Shown piece by piece: positions 28,297 to 37,462 of a stretch of 60,958 nucleotides of DNA. The number at the start of each line of letters is the position of its first letter. Position 1 is the first letter of the stretch. A program made the translations under genes and the position numbers. Below the pieces are notes generated by a model that was not told where the DNA came from, ran no database searches, and saw only the letters and a program-made list of their open reading frames with translations. Source of the DNA: an uncultured virus (IMG/VR IMGVR_UViG_3300020442_002637) (lineage: Duplodnaviria > Heunggongvirae > Uroviricota > Caudoviricetes); IMG/VR virus record IMGVR_UViG_3300020442_002637. One strand, given 5' to 3'.

Positions 28297-29753
28297 TATA
28301 CCTCCGTAAATAAATTGTTAAAATGTGTATCAGCATTTGTAATCCGTTTACCAGTGTTACCTCTTGTACCTATGATAGTATCCCAGTATCTAGAAAACTC
28401 TGCTATTACTGCTTCTGCCTCGTCTTTTTTATCAGTTGCGAATATTGCTTCAACAACATCTCTAAATAAAACCCTGTCAAACTGCTCTTGTACAAGCATG
28501 TTTGGAATGACGCCATTGTCGTATTGTCTATTTGCTTCTTGTACTGCATTAATGTGCATCCATACGTTATGCCCCATCATAATAGCATATGAAAAACTAT
28601 CCCATGAGGTCTTTCCTTCTTTACCTATCTTATTTAGGTCGCCAGGACCATATATACAAATATCTTTCGCCATTAATTCGGCAGTGATAGGTGAGTCTAA
28701 AAAACTACCATGCTTGCCTTCTCTAACAAATGCTTGACCAAACGGTGTAGTATCTTTAGACAAATTTTTATCATCTATACTTGGAACCATTCTATAAACC
28801 CATTTTTGTCTATTTTCTGTCTCAAGCTCACAATATATTTGTCCATTAGCAGTTGCTAAGAAAGGACTAGCACAGTCAAATGTAACAGTAAAGTTTTCAT
28901 TATGATACTTTCTTACTGCTCTTTGAATGTCTGTCAGTAGTACAGCCCATTCCAATTTACTAGTGCCTAAGAAATGCATTACATCATGTATACCTTTTTC
29001 TAATAACCCATCATATCTTAGTGCTACAAGTCTTTTTAGTACTAAGTGAATATCACACATGTTCTGTCCACCCATTGACCAACCATTAAAGTGATCTGTA
29101 TATTTTTTAGGATCACAGTAATCTTTCATTTGGTTATACCAATCATCTGCATCTGCATGGTTTTCGCCTTGTAATACATTTAAGAATTTACAAGCACCAC
29201 TTCTGTTTTTCATAAAATAATCGTTATTGATACGTGTTGCATTAACCGCTTCTTGATAACTTGTGATTCCTGTTGCTTTTTGTCCTGCAGGAGAACGTGA
29301 TACCCAAGCTGGAATATCAAGTATCATACCGTAATCCATATACTCGTCCATCCATCTCAAAACACCATCACGTTTTTTGTGTGCTTTAGGACAATTAGGA
29401 TCCTTCCAATCTCCTTCCCAAACACCTTTACCAATTTGGAAACCTCCTGAATCACCAAGTATCCAGCTGTTGTTACGATCTCTGTTACGAACCATGTCTT
29501 CTTTAGGTGCATCTTTATTGATATCTAATTCAGCATGACCTGCGGAATATAATGTCCACTTGTATTGAAACTGTCCTTGATCTTTGTTAATGTAATTTAA
29601 ACTTTCAACACCATTTTTTAAGTTGCTTGGAATACGGCTAGTTTCTACATATTCATCAAATCTCTGTTTACCTACATACGTAGCATAAAATCCACTCAAT
29701 GCTGGAAGAAAACGTGCATAGTCTTTTTGTTCATTTGTTAAATTTGTTTTCAT
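28296..29753 (-). CDS. TGT-fold guanine transglycosylase, DpdA-like
   Basis: LGDSGGFQIG, MILDIP, LNVLQG, GWSMGG, HFLG, TFD; clustered with folE/queE. Confidence 0.8.
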   Translation of the reverse strand: MKTNLTNEQKDYARFLPALSGFYATYVGKQRFDEYVETSRIPSNLKNGVESLNYINKDQGQFQYKWTLYSAGHAELDINKDAPKEDMVRNRDRNNSWILGDSGGFQIGKGVWEGDWKDPNCPKAHKKRDGVLRWMDEYMDYGMILDIPAWVSRSPAGQKATGITSYQEAVNATRINNDYFMKNRSGACKFLNVLQGENHADADDWYNQMKDYCDPKKYTDHFNGWSMGGQNMCDIHLVLKRLVALRYDGLLEKGIHDVMHFLGTSKLEWAVLLTDIQRAVRKYHNENFTVTFDCASPFLATANGQIYCELETENRQKWVYRMVPSIDDKNLSKDTTPFGQAFVREGKHGSFLDSPITAELMAKDICIYGPGDLNKIGKEGKTSWDSFSYAIMMGHNVWMHINAVQEANRQYDNGVIPNMLVQEQFDRVLFRDVVEAIFATDKKDEAEAVIAEFSRYWDTIIGTRGNTGKRITNADTHFNNLFTEV

Positions 29754-30097
29754 TAAAATCCCCAATCATACCTCCAAGGATAAATGGTATATCCTAAGGG
29801 CTTAAATATTAATTCTTCAAATAATACTATCATAGAGACTGCAAAAACTATCTGAATCCATCTAGGTGCTCGTTGTAACCAACCTAGTGGTATTTGAAAC
29901 AACCATTCATAAAAGTCAAAAAGCAAACCTGCTATTCTATCCTTTAAACTAAATGGCGGAGTCATAAACACAACAAGTATTATCGCAAAAATCCAAACAC
30001 CTATTCCATAATCATCATTTGGATCGTCAAATATTATTGCCAAACTAAGCAAACCTATTAGATATAAACCAATCCATTTTCTAAGATGTGCTATCAT
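29753..30097 (-). CDS. Membrane protein
   Basis: Three hydrophobic segments. Confidence 0.55.
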   Translation of the reverse strand: MIAHLRKWIGLYLIGLLSLAIIFDDPNDDYGIGVWIFAIILVVFMTPPFSLKDRIAGLLFDFYEWLFQIPLGWLQRAPRWIQIVFAVSMIVLFEELIFKPLGYTIYPWRYDWGF

Positions 30098-30309
30098 TTT
30101 TTATATTTTTTCCCCATCTCTCTCATATTTTGTTTGTATTCTTCGTATAGTGCCGGATCCGACTTACTACCTGTACCATCAACACCGAAGTTGCAACTAG
30201 CAACAGTAAGTAAAAAAGCAAAAGCACCGTAACTGACATACTTACTAAACTTTAAAAAGCCTTTGTAAGTAACTTCTGCTTCTTTTTGTGCTGATTCTCT
30301 CGGAGTCAT
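30094..30309 (-). CDS. Small membrane/lipoprotein-like protein
   Basis: TY.GF.KF followed by hydrophobic helix and ASC. Confidence 0.5.
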   Translation of the reverse strand: MTPRESAQKEAEVTYKGFLKFSKYVSYGAFAFLLTVASCNFGVDGTGSKSDPALYEEYKQNMREMGKKYKK

Positions 30310-31037
30310 TACTTACTCTGTGCTGGCAAGATATAATCATACTTTGCCATTCCGCTATCAACTGTGATCATCATTGCACCTTGATCTGAAATACTCATTT
30401 TGATATCGCCATCAAGATTTAAAATACTTTGAACTTGTGCTACAGGCCAAGCCCATGTGTGTGCTAATGAACCTTCAATATCATGATGGAATACAAATTC
30501 ACCTGCATGTGTGCTTACATCACCAAATGCAAATATAAGATTGTTATTTTTAGTGCTTACGTTAAAAGTAGGCTCTTCAGCATGTGCCGCACTCATTAGT
30601 TTCATTCTAGCAATACTGGCTACACTTGGATTGAATTCAATCTGCCATTGTGCTCCTTTAAACTTTACAGTCTTTAACTTTTCATCAATAATTGCTTTGT
30701 TCATAAATCGATAATCATTTTCAAAATCACCTGCGGCATTTTCAAAATGAATATGTGTAGGCACTGTTTCTCCGTTTCGTTCAGCTTTTACAACTTCAAT
30801 CTTTGCATCTTTTTGATATTCAGGATTTTTCAAGTGTAAACTTAGTTTGTCTAAGTTTGGCATTCCAAATGTACCTACAAATTCAGCTACTGCTGAATGT
30901 GTTTCTGCACTCAATATTACACTACGATCTTCAGCCATAGAATCTATCTGTGTTGATCCTTCATTGGTTACTTTGACTAATGTTAAGAAACCAAGTGCAT
31001 GTGTATGAGCTACAATGTCTTGTAAGATATCTTTCAT
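30309..31037 (-). CDS. Probable DNA sliding clamp (gp45/PCNA-like)
   Basis: 242 aa, beta-rich, C-terminal YDYILPA like clamp termini; near PolB with own promoter. Confidence 0.55.
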   Translation of the reverse strand: MKDILQDIVAHTHALGFLTLVKVTNEGSTQIDSMAEDRSVILSAETHSAVAEFVGTFGMPNLDKLSLHLKNPEYQKDAKIEVVKAERNGETVPTHIHFENAAGDFENDYRFMNKAIIDEKLKTVKFKGAQWQIEFNPSVASIARMKLMSAAHAEEPTFNVSTKNNNLIFAFGDVSTHAGEFVFHHDIEGSLAHTWAWPVAQVQSILNLDGDIKMSISDQGAMMITVDSGMAKYDYILPAQSK

Positions 31038-31057
31038 TTCATTCTCCTATTATTTGT

Positions 31058-31086
31058 ATTATAAAGCATATGTGCGCCTTTGTCAA
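31058..31086 (-). promoter_or_regulatory. Consensus sigma70 promoter
   Basis: TTGACA-17-TATAAT. Confidence 0.8.
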
Positions 31087-31868
31087 GCACTTTTCCTTAC
31101 TTCATTGTTATATTCTACTGCTGATCTAATGATATTTAGATCAACATTGTTAGTGTCTGCTGATTTAAGGATAGCGACTGTGTCCTTTGGAAAACAATGT
31201 CCTCCAAATCCTCTTTCTTTAGAAACAAAACTATGACTAGGGCCAATCCTATTATCATTAGTAACTTCTTGTCTAACCTGTTCAAAATCTATATTACAGG
31301 CTCTACACATATCATAAACTTGGTTAAAAAAGTTTACCTTTGTTGCTAAAAAAGCATTTCTAAAACTTTTTCCTAAAATTAATTCTTCTGGTTCTCTAAT
31401 AATAACTTTTTTACAGCAATATTTCCAAAGTTTGTCCCAATAAGCAATGTCTCCGCCACCTAAACTTACTTCTTTACTTAATTCAAAATCTTGAATAGCA
31501 TTTTCTTGCCTTAAATATTCAGGACTATATGTAATATCTAAATGAGAAAACATCGCAGTAATTTTACGCCAACCTTCAATACTTAAAGTACTTTTTATCA
31601 TCACAGGAACTGGTTTCAAAACATCATTCAATACATCAACAACATTATCTATATTACATGACCCGTCTGTATTTTGTGGAGTTGAAACACAAATAATTAC
31701 AGCTTTTGGATTGTAATCAAATACTTTGCCGTTGAATCCTAAGTCTTTCCAAGTCTTTCTATAGTAATCGGGGTCAACTACTTGTATTTTAAAACTAAAT
31801 TTTTCTAGTAGATATTCGTGTGCTTGTCCTACTGCACCATAACCTGCTATTACAATTTTATCCTTCAT
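31083..31868 (-). CDS. UDP-glucose/GDP-mannose dehydrogenase-like protein lacking C-terminal domain
   Basis: GYGAVG, CVSTP, IKST, SPEYLR, NAFLATKV, GFGGHCFPKD. Confidence 0.85.
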   Translation of the reverse strand: MKDKIVIAGYGAVGQAHEYLLEKFSFKIQVVDPDYYRKTWKDLGFNGKVFDYNPKAVIICVSTPQNTDGSCNIDNVVDVLNDVLKPVPVMIKSTLSIEGWRKITAMFSHLDITYSPEYLRQENAIQDFELSKEVSLGGGDIAYWDKLWKYCCKKVIIREPEELILGKSFRNAFLATKVNFFNQVYDMCRACNIDFEQVRQEVTNDNRIGPSHSFVSKERGFGGHCFPKDTVAILKSADTNNVDLNIIRSAVEYNNEVRKSA

Positions 31869-32043
31869 CTTTCTCCACATAGTCTTCTACACAAACAAAT
31901 CCAACACCCATAGGTGCAGATTCTTCTTCAATGTAACCCTGTTCTACACAACTGTAAGGGTCGGCGTACCAATTAATTGCTTGGCTATCTATATCACCAC
32001 TCGGTAATATTGTAACCATTATTAAAATAAATCCGTATATCAT
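31858..32043 (-). CDS. Small hypothetical protein with hydrophobic N-terminus and two Cys
   Basis: MIYGFILIMV...SC...VCV. Confidence 0.5.
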   Translation of the reverse strand: MIYGFILIMVTILPSGDIDSQAINWYADPYSCVEQGYIEEESAPMGVGFVCVEDYVEKDEG

Positions 32044-32444
32044 TCGCAAATCCTTTTTCTTAAATCTGTTGAACTAAATCTGTGATCTCTTTTGTTAAAG
32101 TATAACTCTATACCTAAACGCCTACAAATATCTTTACCCGTAAAGTCTTTATCTTTATATTCTTCACCGAGTATTCTAACGTCTACTTGATACATTTCTA
32201 AAATATCTTCCACATCTTTTTCTGTTGTATATGGAATAATTTCGTCTATGTATTTCACTGCTTTTAATTGTGTATAACGTTCTACTATTGTTTGAATTGG
32301 TTTGTTTTTTTCCTTTCTATCAATAGTTGGATCTAATTGTAAGCCTGCAACTAGATAGTCGCATTGCTGTTTCGATTCACGAAGCATTGCAACATGTCCT
32401 GCATGTAATAGATCAAAAGCACTAAACGTAATTCCTACTCTCAA
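32040..32444 (-). CDS. Glycerol-3-phosphate cytidylyltransferase-like (TagD family)
   Basis: FDLLHAGH, ERY.QL, RDHRFSSTDLR; TTG start overlapping upstream stop. Confidence 0.9.
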   Translation of the reverse strand: MRVGITFSAFDLLHAGHVAMLRESKQQCDYLVAGLQLDPTIDRKEKNKPIQTIVERYTQLKAVKYIDEIIPYTTEKDVEDILEMYQVDVRILGEEYKDKDFTGKDICRRLGIELYFNKRDHRFSSTDLRKRICE

Positions 32445-33166
32445 TTTGCAACTCCTGTTTTTTGTAAATTTTCTAAAATTTCTTTTGTTTCTCGCCAATT
32501 TTTAACTTGTTTAGCAACACCGCCTCTTTCCTTAACTGCATAAGCAAGACTAAAATCGTTTCCATCAGGATCCATTCTATCTCCAAAGAAGAAAAGTTTT
32601 TCATTGGGGTCAAAATATTCTACAATTTGTCTTTTATCTTTTCCTTTTGAAATAATATCTATACCGGTTTCTCCTCCTACCACTGCACTTACATCAGGAA
32701 ATTTATTATTAACTGCATCTGCAATTCTTATTCTTTCTTCGCTTTCTATATCCCAATAGTAGTAATCTTTCCTTTGTACCTTATCAGCTTTCCTGCCCAC
32801 TACAGAAAAATTAATCATTCCCGGTCTGTGTTCTATGTGTTTTCCCGTCCTAGTTTTATAATCACTACTTTCTAATTTTTCTTCCAAAAATCCTAAAAGT
32901 TCTTTTGAAGGTTTCCAATCATTAGTGTAAACATTTTCTTGTTTGTCCCAGATATCATTTCCGTTACAATTATAGCATTTGTATACTGTTTTACAAATTT
33001 CAACTCCTAACTGTTCTACTGTTTTAGGATTATCACTACCAGTAACTAAAGACACAGAATTTTGTTGAGCAAAATATAAAAACCAAATTGCAAATTGCGG
33101 TTGTATCTTTTTTCTACTAGGAGTTAAAGTTCCGTCTACATCAAATACAAAATGATTATTTTTCAC
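32441..33166 (-). CDS. HAD-IIB phosphomannomutase-like protein
   Basis: FDVDGTLTPSR, VTGSD, IEHRPGMINFS, GG.TGIDI, FFGDRM..GND. Confidence 0.85.
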   Translation of the reverse strand: MKNNHFVFDVDGTLTPSRKKIQPQFAIWFLYFAQQNSVSLVTGSDNPKTVEQLGVEICKTVYKCYNCNGNDIWDKQENVYTNDWKPSKELLGFLEEKLESSDYKTRTGKHIEHRPGMINFSVVGRKADKVQRKDYYYWDIESEERIRIADAVNNKFPDVSAVVGGETGIDIISKGKDKRQIVEYFDPNEKLFFFGDRMDPDGNDFSLAYAVKERGGVAKQVKNWRETKEILENLQKTGVAN

Positions 33167-33566
33167 TCATCTGCTCCTTTATGTCTCTTTTTTGTAGGCT
33201 TAATTTTTCTTTTGCACTCATTAAATATGCCGCACCGGCCAATACAAGTATAGCACCCGCTTCAGCTATAAGCACCCATGGATCAGCATCTTTACTATGT
33301 AAAATAATTAATCTGCATAAAGCCGTCATTGCAATAATAATTGGAAGTGTAACAGGTATTCTATTGCTAATAAAATATGCTCCAACCATTCCAACTATTT
33401 CTGTATAGATAAAAAGCAAAAATAAATCTGCCAACTGTATATTCCTTGCTAACCACATATCCCATACGGCACATCCTGCCGCAACCACTGTTAGCATACC
33501 TATAAAAGCTAACATGCCTTTTTCTGTTAACGTTGTTGTCCAATGTAATCTACTATTAACTTTCAT
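33156..33566 (-). CDS. psiE: Phosphate-starvation-inducible PsiE-like membrane protein
   Basis: LADLFLLFIYTE, RIPVTLPIIIAMTALCRLII. Confidence 0.8.
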   Translation of the reverse strand: MKVNSRLHWTTTLTEKGMLAFIGMLTVVAAGCAVWDMWLARNIQLADLFLLFIYTEIVGMVGAYFISNRIPVTLPIIIAMTALCRLIILHSKDADPWVLIAEAGAILVLAGAAYLMSAKEKLSLQKRDIKEQMSEK

Positions 33567-33567
33567 T

Positions 33568-36240
33568 TTACTCTCCAAAATCAAACAAACTATTGAATGT
33601 GTTTTGTTGTTTTGTATCTTCAAGATTGTAATTTAACACACCAATTAAGTTATCAAGTTTATTGTCAATAATTGTTGCTTCCATTGCATCATTATCAAAC
33701 GGAAGTTCTTTAAACCAATCAGGCAAGTGTAATTCATCAGTTGGATATGCAACACTTGTGTAGCCTAGTGGGTTTTGTTTTAGTTTACAAACAATAACTT
33801 TCATTCCATCTACAATTTCCTGTGAATACTTGTCACCGTTCATACGTTTCAGTGTATTCCAATTGATACTTGCTCGAACATGTCCGGGCATGTTTGCTTT
33901 GCCTTGTTTTTCTTCAAGACGTTGATAGTGTCCAATCTTGTTTGCACGTTTTGGAGAACCTTTTTCCCAACCTGGGCGTTCTTTGAACTCTCTACGAAAC
34001 TCTGTAATACGTTCTAGTACTTCTTTTTCGGACTTTTCTAATAGCACCATCATCAATATTTCACTTAGGAACTCTTGCATAAACACAGGCGTATCTGATC
34101 TACGTAAATCCAGCCCCATTGCTTTCACTTTGCCTGGCTTACCTTCTACGTCACTTCTAAAACCTTCTAAGTCATATACCAATGCCGCATATCTTTTCTT
34201 AGTAATATACAATCCGCTTTCCGCAACAATTTCTCTACCTGCCGCAATAACCTCTGCACGACTTTTTGGACAATGGAAAGCATCCATCATAAAGTCTTCA
34301 AAGGTTGTATTTGCTTCTTCTGCAACTTGATCGTATAGTGTTATGACATTATCTTTACTCCAAGGTATTTTTCCTGCATCAATTTCTTTTTTAAGTGTTG
34401 GATATGCACTAAAGTACACAGAATCAGTATCACCGTATATAACTGCTTCTCCTACATGATCATATGTACCAGTAATCACTTTGTTTACTTCTGCACTCAT
34501 GTGTTTAACAATAGTTCTGCCGGATAATGTAGTAGATTGTCCAATACGTTTATCAAAAAATCTACAGCCTGGATTAAGAATTGCACCATACAAACTGTTC
34601 AAATTAATTTTCTTTACAAGTTGTCTTTTATCCCAATACTCGATTTCTATTTTATTACCAGCATCTTTTGCTTTTTTAAGTTGTGCTTGTAATTCTTTAC
34701 GTTCTGAATACCAACGTTTAAGAATACCCGGAATAACACCTTCAAATTCAGTTGTAAAAATAGTACCATTTGAACTTAACATCCAAGGCATATTGCTATC
34801 AAATACAAGTTTATGTATTTCAGCACCACTCATTACACGATTTTCACCTTGTTCGAAATCAACAGTAATAGCAACATCTTTCCTTTTTGCCATAACTGCT
34901 TCATATTCTTCTGTACCAAATTTTCCTTCCCAAGCACCTGCGAATGATTTTTTCTGTAAAACCATTGCATCATGTAGCATTGCTTCTGTAAGTTCAGGAC
35001 GTAGTTGTCCAACAATAGTTTCAGGAGCCATGTTCAATGCACGAATAACACTCGGATATAGACTGTTCAAGTCCATTGAACCAATCCACTTGTGTAAACC
35101 TTTTTTAGGAAATGCAACATAAGCACCTGCGGCCGCAGTGTTTTCGTCATCACGTTTTGGACGATTAGGAACCTGTAATCCTCTATGATGTGCTTCGTTG
35201 ATGATTGCTTGTTCTGTTACTGCAACAGCACCCATTGTGGTCTGTAGCAAAACAGTATTTGCATGTGCTAGTTCGTTACTGAGATCAATAAATCTTAGTT
35301 TTTTGTCCAGCTTGTCCAGTAGTGCAACGTCTTGCCTGTTGTATTCAATGAATCTTCTGAAGTCATTGTTATAAAGTTGATCGAGCGTCCCTTCATAAAC
35401 TGTTTTACGTTCGCCAACTTCAAGCTCACCGATTGCATCAAGCCTGTAAGTGTGTCTTTCTTCATATGTGTATTTACGATAAAGTTCTAAACTATCTAAA
35501 TGTACTCTGCCTACTAGGTCATAGGTTTCAGCTGATTTACCATACTTTTCATATTCACGTTTTTTAGGAAGTTGTTTCCATAAACAAAAACGTCTTGTAT
35601 CGTCTTTGCTTAGTACTCTACTTACTCTATTTACCGTATATGGAATATCATAACCTTCACTATTCCAACCTGTAAGTATATCACTATCTTCAATTAAATC
35701 AAGAAATGTTTCAAGCATGTCTGCTTCTTTAGCAAAAAGAATACATTCCTCTCCCCATTCTTTGCACTGTTCCTTTGCTTGTTCCATTGTAATTGTTTTA
35801 GGAGGAACTGCTAGTGTTATAAGTGCATCAAGCCATTGCAAGTGTACTGTGATTGCAGTAATTGGCATAAATGGATCGCTAGGATCAGCAAAGCCTCTTT
35901 CTGGATCAAAGTCAGTTTCAATATCAAAAAATGCAATGTTTAGTTTTGGAGCATCTTGATTAAGATAATTTTCTGATAAGCATTGGAAAATAGGATTGAT
36001 ATCGCTTTCAAAAAGTTCTTTACCTTTATTGATTGCAACTTCTTTTCTAAAATCTTTTGTGTTCTTGGAAACGATTCTAGTTAGTGGATCGCCATAGATA
36101 CTTTGATGCTTACCTTTAGGATCCTTGTAATAGAATGTATATTTTACTGGGTATTCGTGGAAATGTCGCTTTCCATCTTTGCGTTCAACTACTTTGATTA
36201 TGTCTTGATCACGATCAAAGACTGCGTCTACGTAACTCAT
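33568..36240 (-). CDS. Family B DNA polymerase
   Basis: Exonuclease FDIETD, GWN..YD; polymerase DLNSLYPS, K..LNSLYG, YGDTDS, KKRY; C-terminal clamp-binding-like SLFDF. Confidence 0.97.
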   Translation of the reverse strand: MSYVDAVFDRDQDIIKVVERKDGKRHFHEYPVKYTFYYKDPKGKHQSIYGDPLTRIVSKNTKDFRKEVAINKGKELFESDINPIFQCLSENYLNQDAPKLNIAFFDIETDFDPERGFADPSDPFMPITAITVHLQWLDALITLAVPPKTITMEQAKEQCKEWGEECILFAKEADMLETFLDLIEDSDILTGWNSEGYDIPYTVNRVSRVLSKDDTRRFCLWKQLPKKREYEKYGKSAETYDLVGRVHLDSLELYRKYTYEERHTYRLDAIGELEVGERKTVYEGTLDQLYNNDFRRFIEYNRQDVALLDKLDKKLRFIDLSNELAHANTVLLQTTMGAVAVTEQAIINEAHHRGLQVPNRPKRDDENTAAAGAYVAFPKKGLHKWIGSMDLNSLYPSVIRALNMAPETIVGQLRPELTEAMLHDAMVLQKKSFAGAWEGKFGTEEYEAVMAKRKDVAITVDFEQGENRVMSGAEIHKLVFDSNMPWMLSSNGTIFTTEFEGVIPGILKRWYSERKELQAQLKKAKDAGNKIEIEYWDKRQLVKKINLNSLYGAILNPGCRFFDKRIGQSTTLSGRTIVKHMSAEVNKVITGTYDHVGEAVIYGDTDSVYFSAYPTLKKEIDAGKIPWSKDNVITLYDQVAEEANTTFEDFMMDAFHCPKSRAEVIAAGREIVAESGLYITKKRYAALVYDLEGFRSDVEGKPGKVKAMGLDLRRSDTPVFMQEFLSEILMMVLLEKSEKEVLERITEFRREFKERPGWEKGSPKRANKIGHYQRLEEKQGKANMPGHVRASINWNTLKRMNGDKYSQEIVDGMKVIVCKLKQNPLGYTSVAYPTDELHLPDWFKELPFDNDAMEATIIDNKLDNLIGVLNYNLEDTKQQNTFNSLFDFGE

Positions 36241-36250
36241 CTATTCTCCT

Positions 36251-36302
36251 CGTTGCTTGTGGCCAACGTACCTTCTACATGCCCGCCAAATCGGCTTTGG
36301 GC
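36251..36302 (-). promoter_or_regulatory. Two hairpins in the polymerase leader; candidate translational operator
   Basis: CGTTG-8nt-CAACG directly 5' of AGGAG; second GC-rich bulged hairpin at 36281-36302. Confidence 0.5.
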
Positions 36303-36318
36303 GTCTTACTATATTTAA

Positions 36319-36579
36319 CTATTTGTCTTTGCCGACGGTTGCAACTAGAGTTTCTAAATCTTCAAACTCGTCAGCGACTTTATGCCAGTCACCTCTTTGT
36401 GCAATTTTAATAGCTTTGTTAATTATTGCAGGTTTAATTTCAAGTTCTTCTGCAACTGATTTTACTGTATCTTTCAAACCTTCTTGTAGGTCCTGGACTT
36501 CCTGAAGAACTGTAACACCTTCGTTTACAAGCCTTTCTAACTTTGCCTTTTCTTCATGTCCGTATACACGATTGCTCAT
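36319..36579 (-). CDS. T4 DsbA/GapR-like small dsDNA-binding protein
   Basis: 86-aa helical protein: LKDTVKSVAEELEIKPAIINKAIKIA. Confidence 0.55.
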   Translation of the reverse strand: MSNRVYGHEEKAKLERLVNEGVTVLQEVQDLQEGLKDTVKSVAEELEIKPAIINKAIKIAQRGDWHKVADEFEDLETLVATVGKDK

Positions 36580-36601
36580 ATAATTCTCCTAAGTTTCTAA
36601 T

Positions 36602-36630
36602 ATTGTACTATAATGTTTGCCTTATGTCAA
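36602..36630 (-). promoter_or_regulatory. Sigma70-type promoter
   Basis: TTGACA-17-TACAAT. Confidence 0.7.
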
Positions 36631-36822
36631 GTATTTTTTTGTGTAAGCCTCTTCAAAACCTTCTAAATATCCTAAATCTTCAACACTTTGTCCTTGTAAA
36701 TTACACCACATACGTTTAAAATAACCGTCATAACAGCCAATGATAGTGTCGTCTGAAGCATTAAGATGTCCTTTCACTATCCAAAACATTCTACATGCTT
36801 CTTTATGATTCGGATTGGGCAT
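36622..36822 (-). CDS. Hypothetical protein
   Basis: RMFWIVKGHL..YFKRMW..GFEEAY. Confidence 0.5.
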   Translation of the reverse strand: MPNPNHKEACRMFWIVKGHLNASDDTIIGCYDGYFKRMWCNLQGQSVEDLGYLEGFEEAYTKKYLT

Positions 36823-37462
36823 CTTCTTCATCCAGAGTTTTGTATTGCCATTCGTCTGTGTGCCCTACACTCCATTTTGGTGTGTTTTCAACTGTGTAAT
36901 TTTGTGTGCAGACTTTAAAGTCTGGCATTTTCCTGTTTGGATGCACTAAACTTTGATCTGTGAAAATTACTCTATTGTTTGGTTGTGCCGCAAATTGCCC
37001 GTTATCAAGTTTGATTATATTAAATGATTTGTGTTCAGGATCGTGTTCAGAAAAGTTTGTATCTATTATACTTTTGTCTCTATGAGCGTTATCTATTGTA
37101 AATATATATTCTCCTGTATGCATCTTTTTATCTTTACCAAAGAACATGCAGTCTGCTAACATAGATTTTTTTGTTACAGTGATATCATAATCAAAACAAT
37201 CCCAAATTTGCAGTGTGTCTAAAGGCAATTGGTTTTCTTTGTCATAATCTTCTTTCCATACAAATGCACTTATAGGCAATTTGTCGAACAACGCACCATA
37301 GTCTGTAAGAAGAGTTTCAAAGTATAGGGCTTTGCCCATAACACTTTTTACTGTTATCCAAACTCCGGGAGTAAGTTCTCCGTGTCCTTTTTCTAGATCA
37401 TATAGATATTCTTTTTTTACATAGACTGGTACTATCGGAACATTGTGTACCATGAATGCCAT
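36803..37462 (-). CDS. Conserved hypothetical phage protein
   Basis: GALFDKLPISAF, WDCF, EHK...LDNGQFAAQPNNR. Confidence 0.7.
   Translation of the reverse strand: MAFMVHNVPIVPVYVKKEYLYDLEKGHGELTPGVWITVKSVMGKALYFETLLTDYGALFDKLPISAFVWKEDYDKENQLPLDTLQIWDCFDYDITVTKKSMLADCMFFGKDKKMHTGEYIFTIDNAHRDKSIIDTNFSEHDPEHKSFNIIKLDNGQFAAQPNNRVIFTDQSLVHPNRKMPDFKVCTQNYTVENTPKWSVGHTDEWQYKTLDEEDAQSES

Noticed and set aside
28296..29753. Canonical bacterial tRNA-guanine transglycosylase for queuosine
   Set aside because: No CxCxxC zinc site, divergent sequence, and no queA/queF/queC context; a DNA-targeting role is favoured but unproven.
33938..35959. Long + strand ORFs opposite polB (similar ones oppose clpA, dnaJ, the TGT gene and spanins)
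   Set aside because: Antisense shadows of codon-biased genes; Ser/Leu/Phe-rich, with no RBS or motifs.
33568..36240. Intein or intron in polB (also checked clpA, phoH and the clamp loader)
   Set aside because: Lengths are normal and motifs contiguous; no splice-junction or homing-endonuclease motifs.
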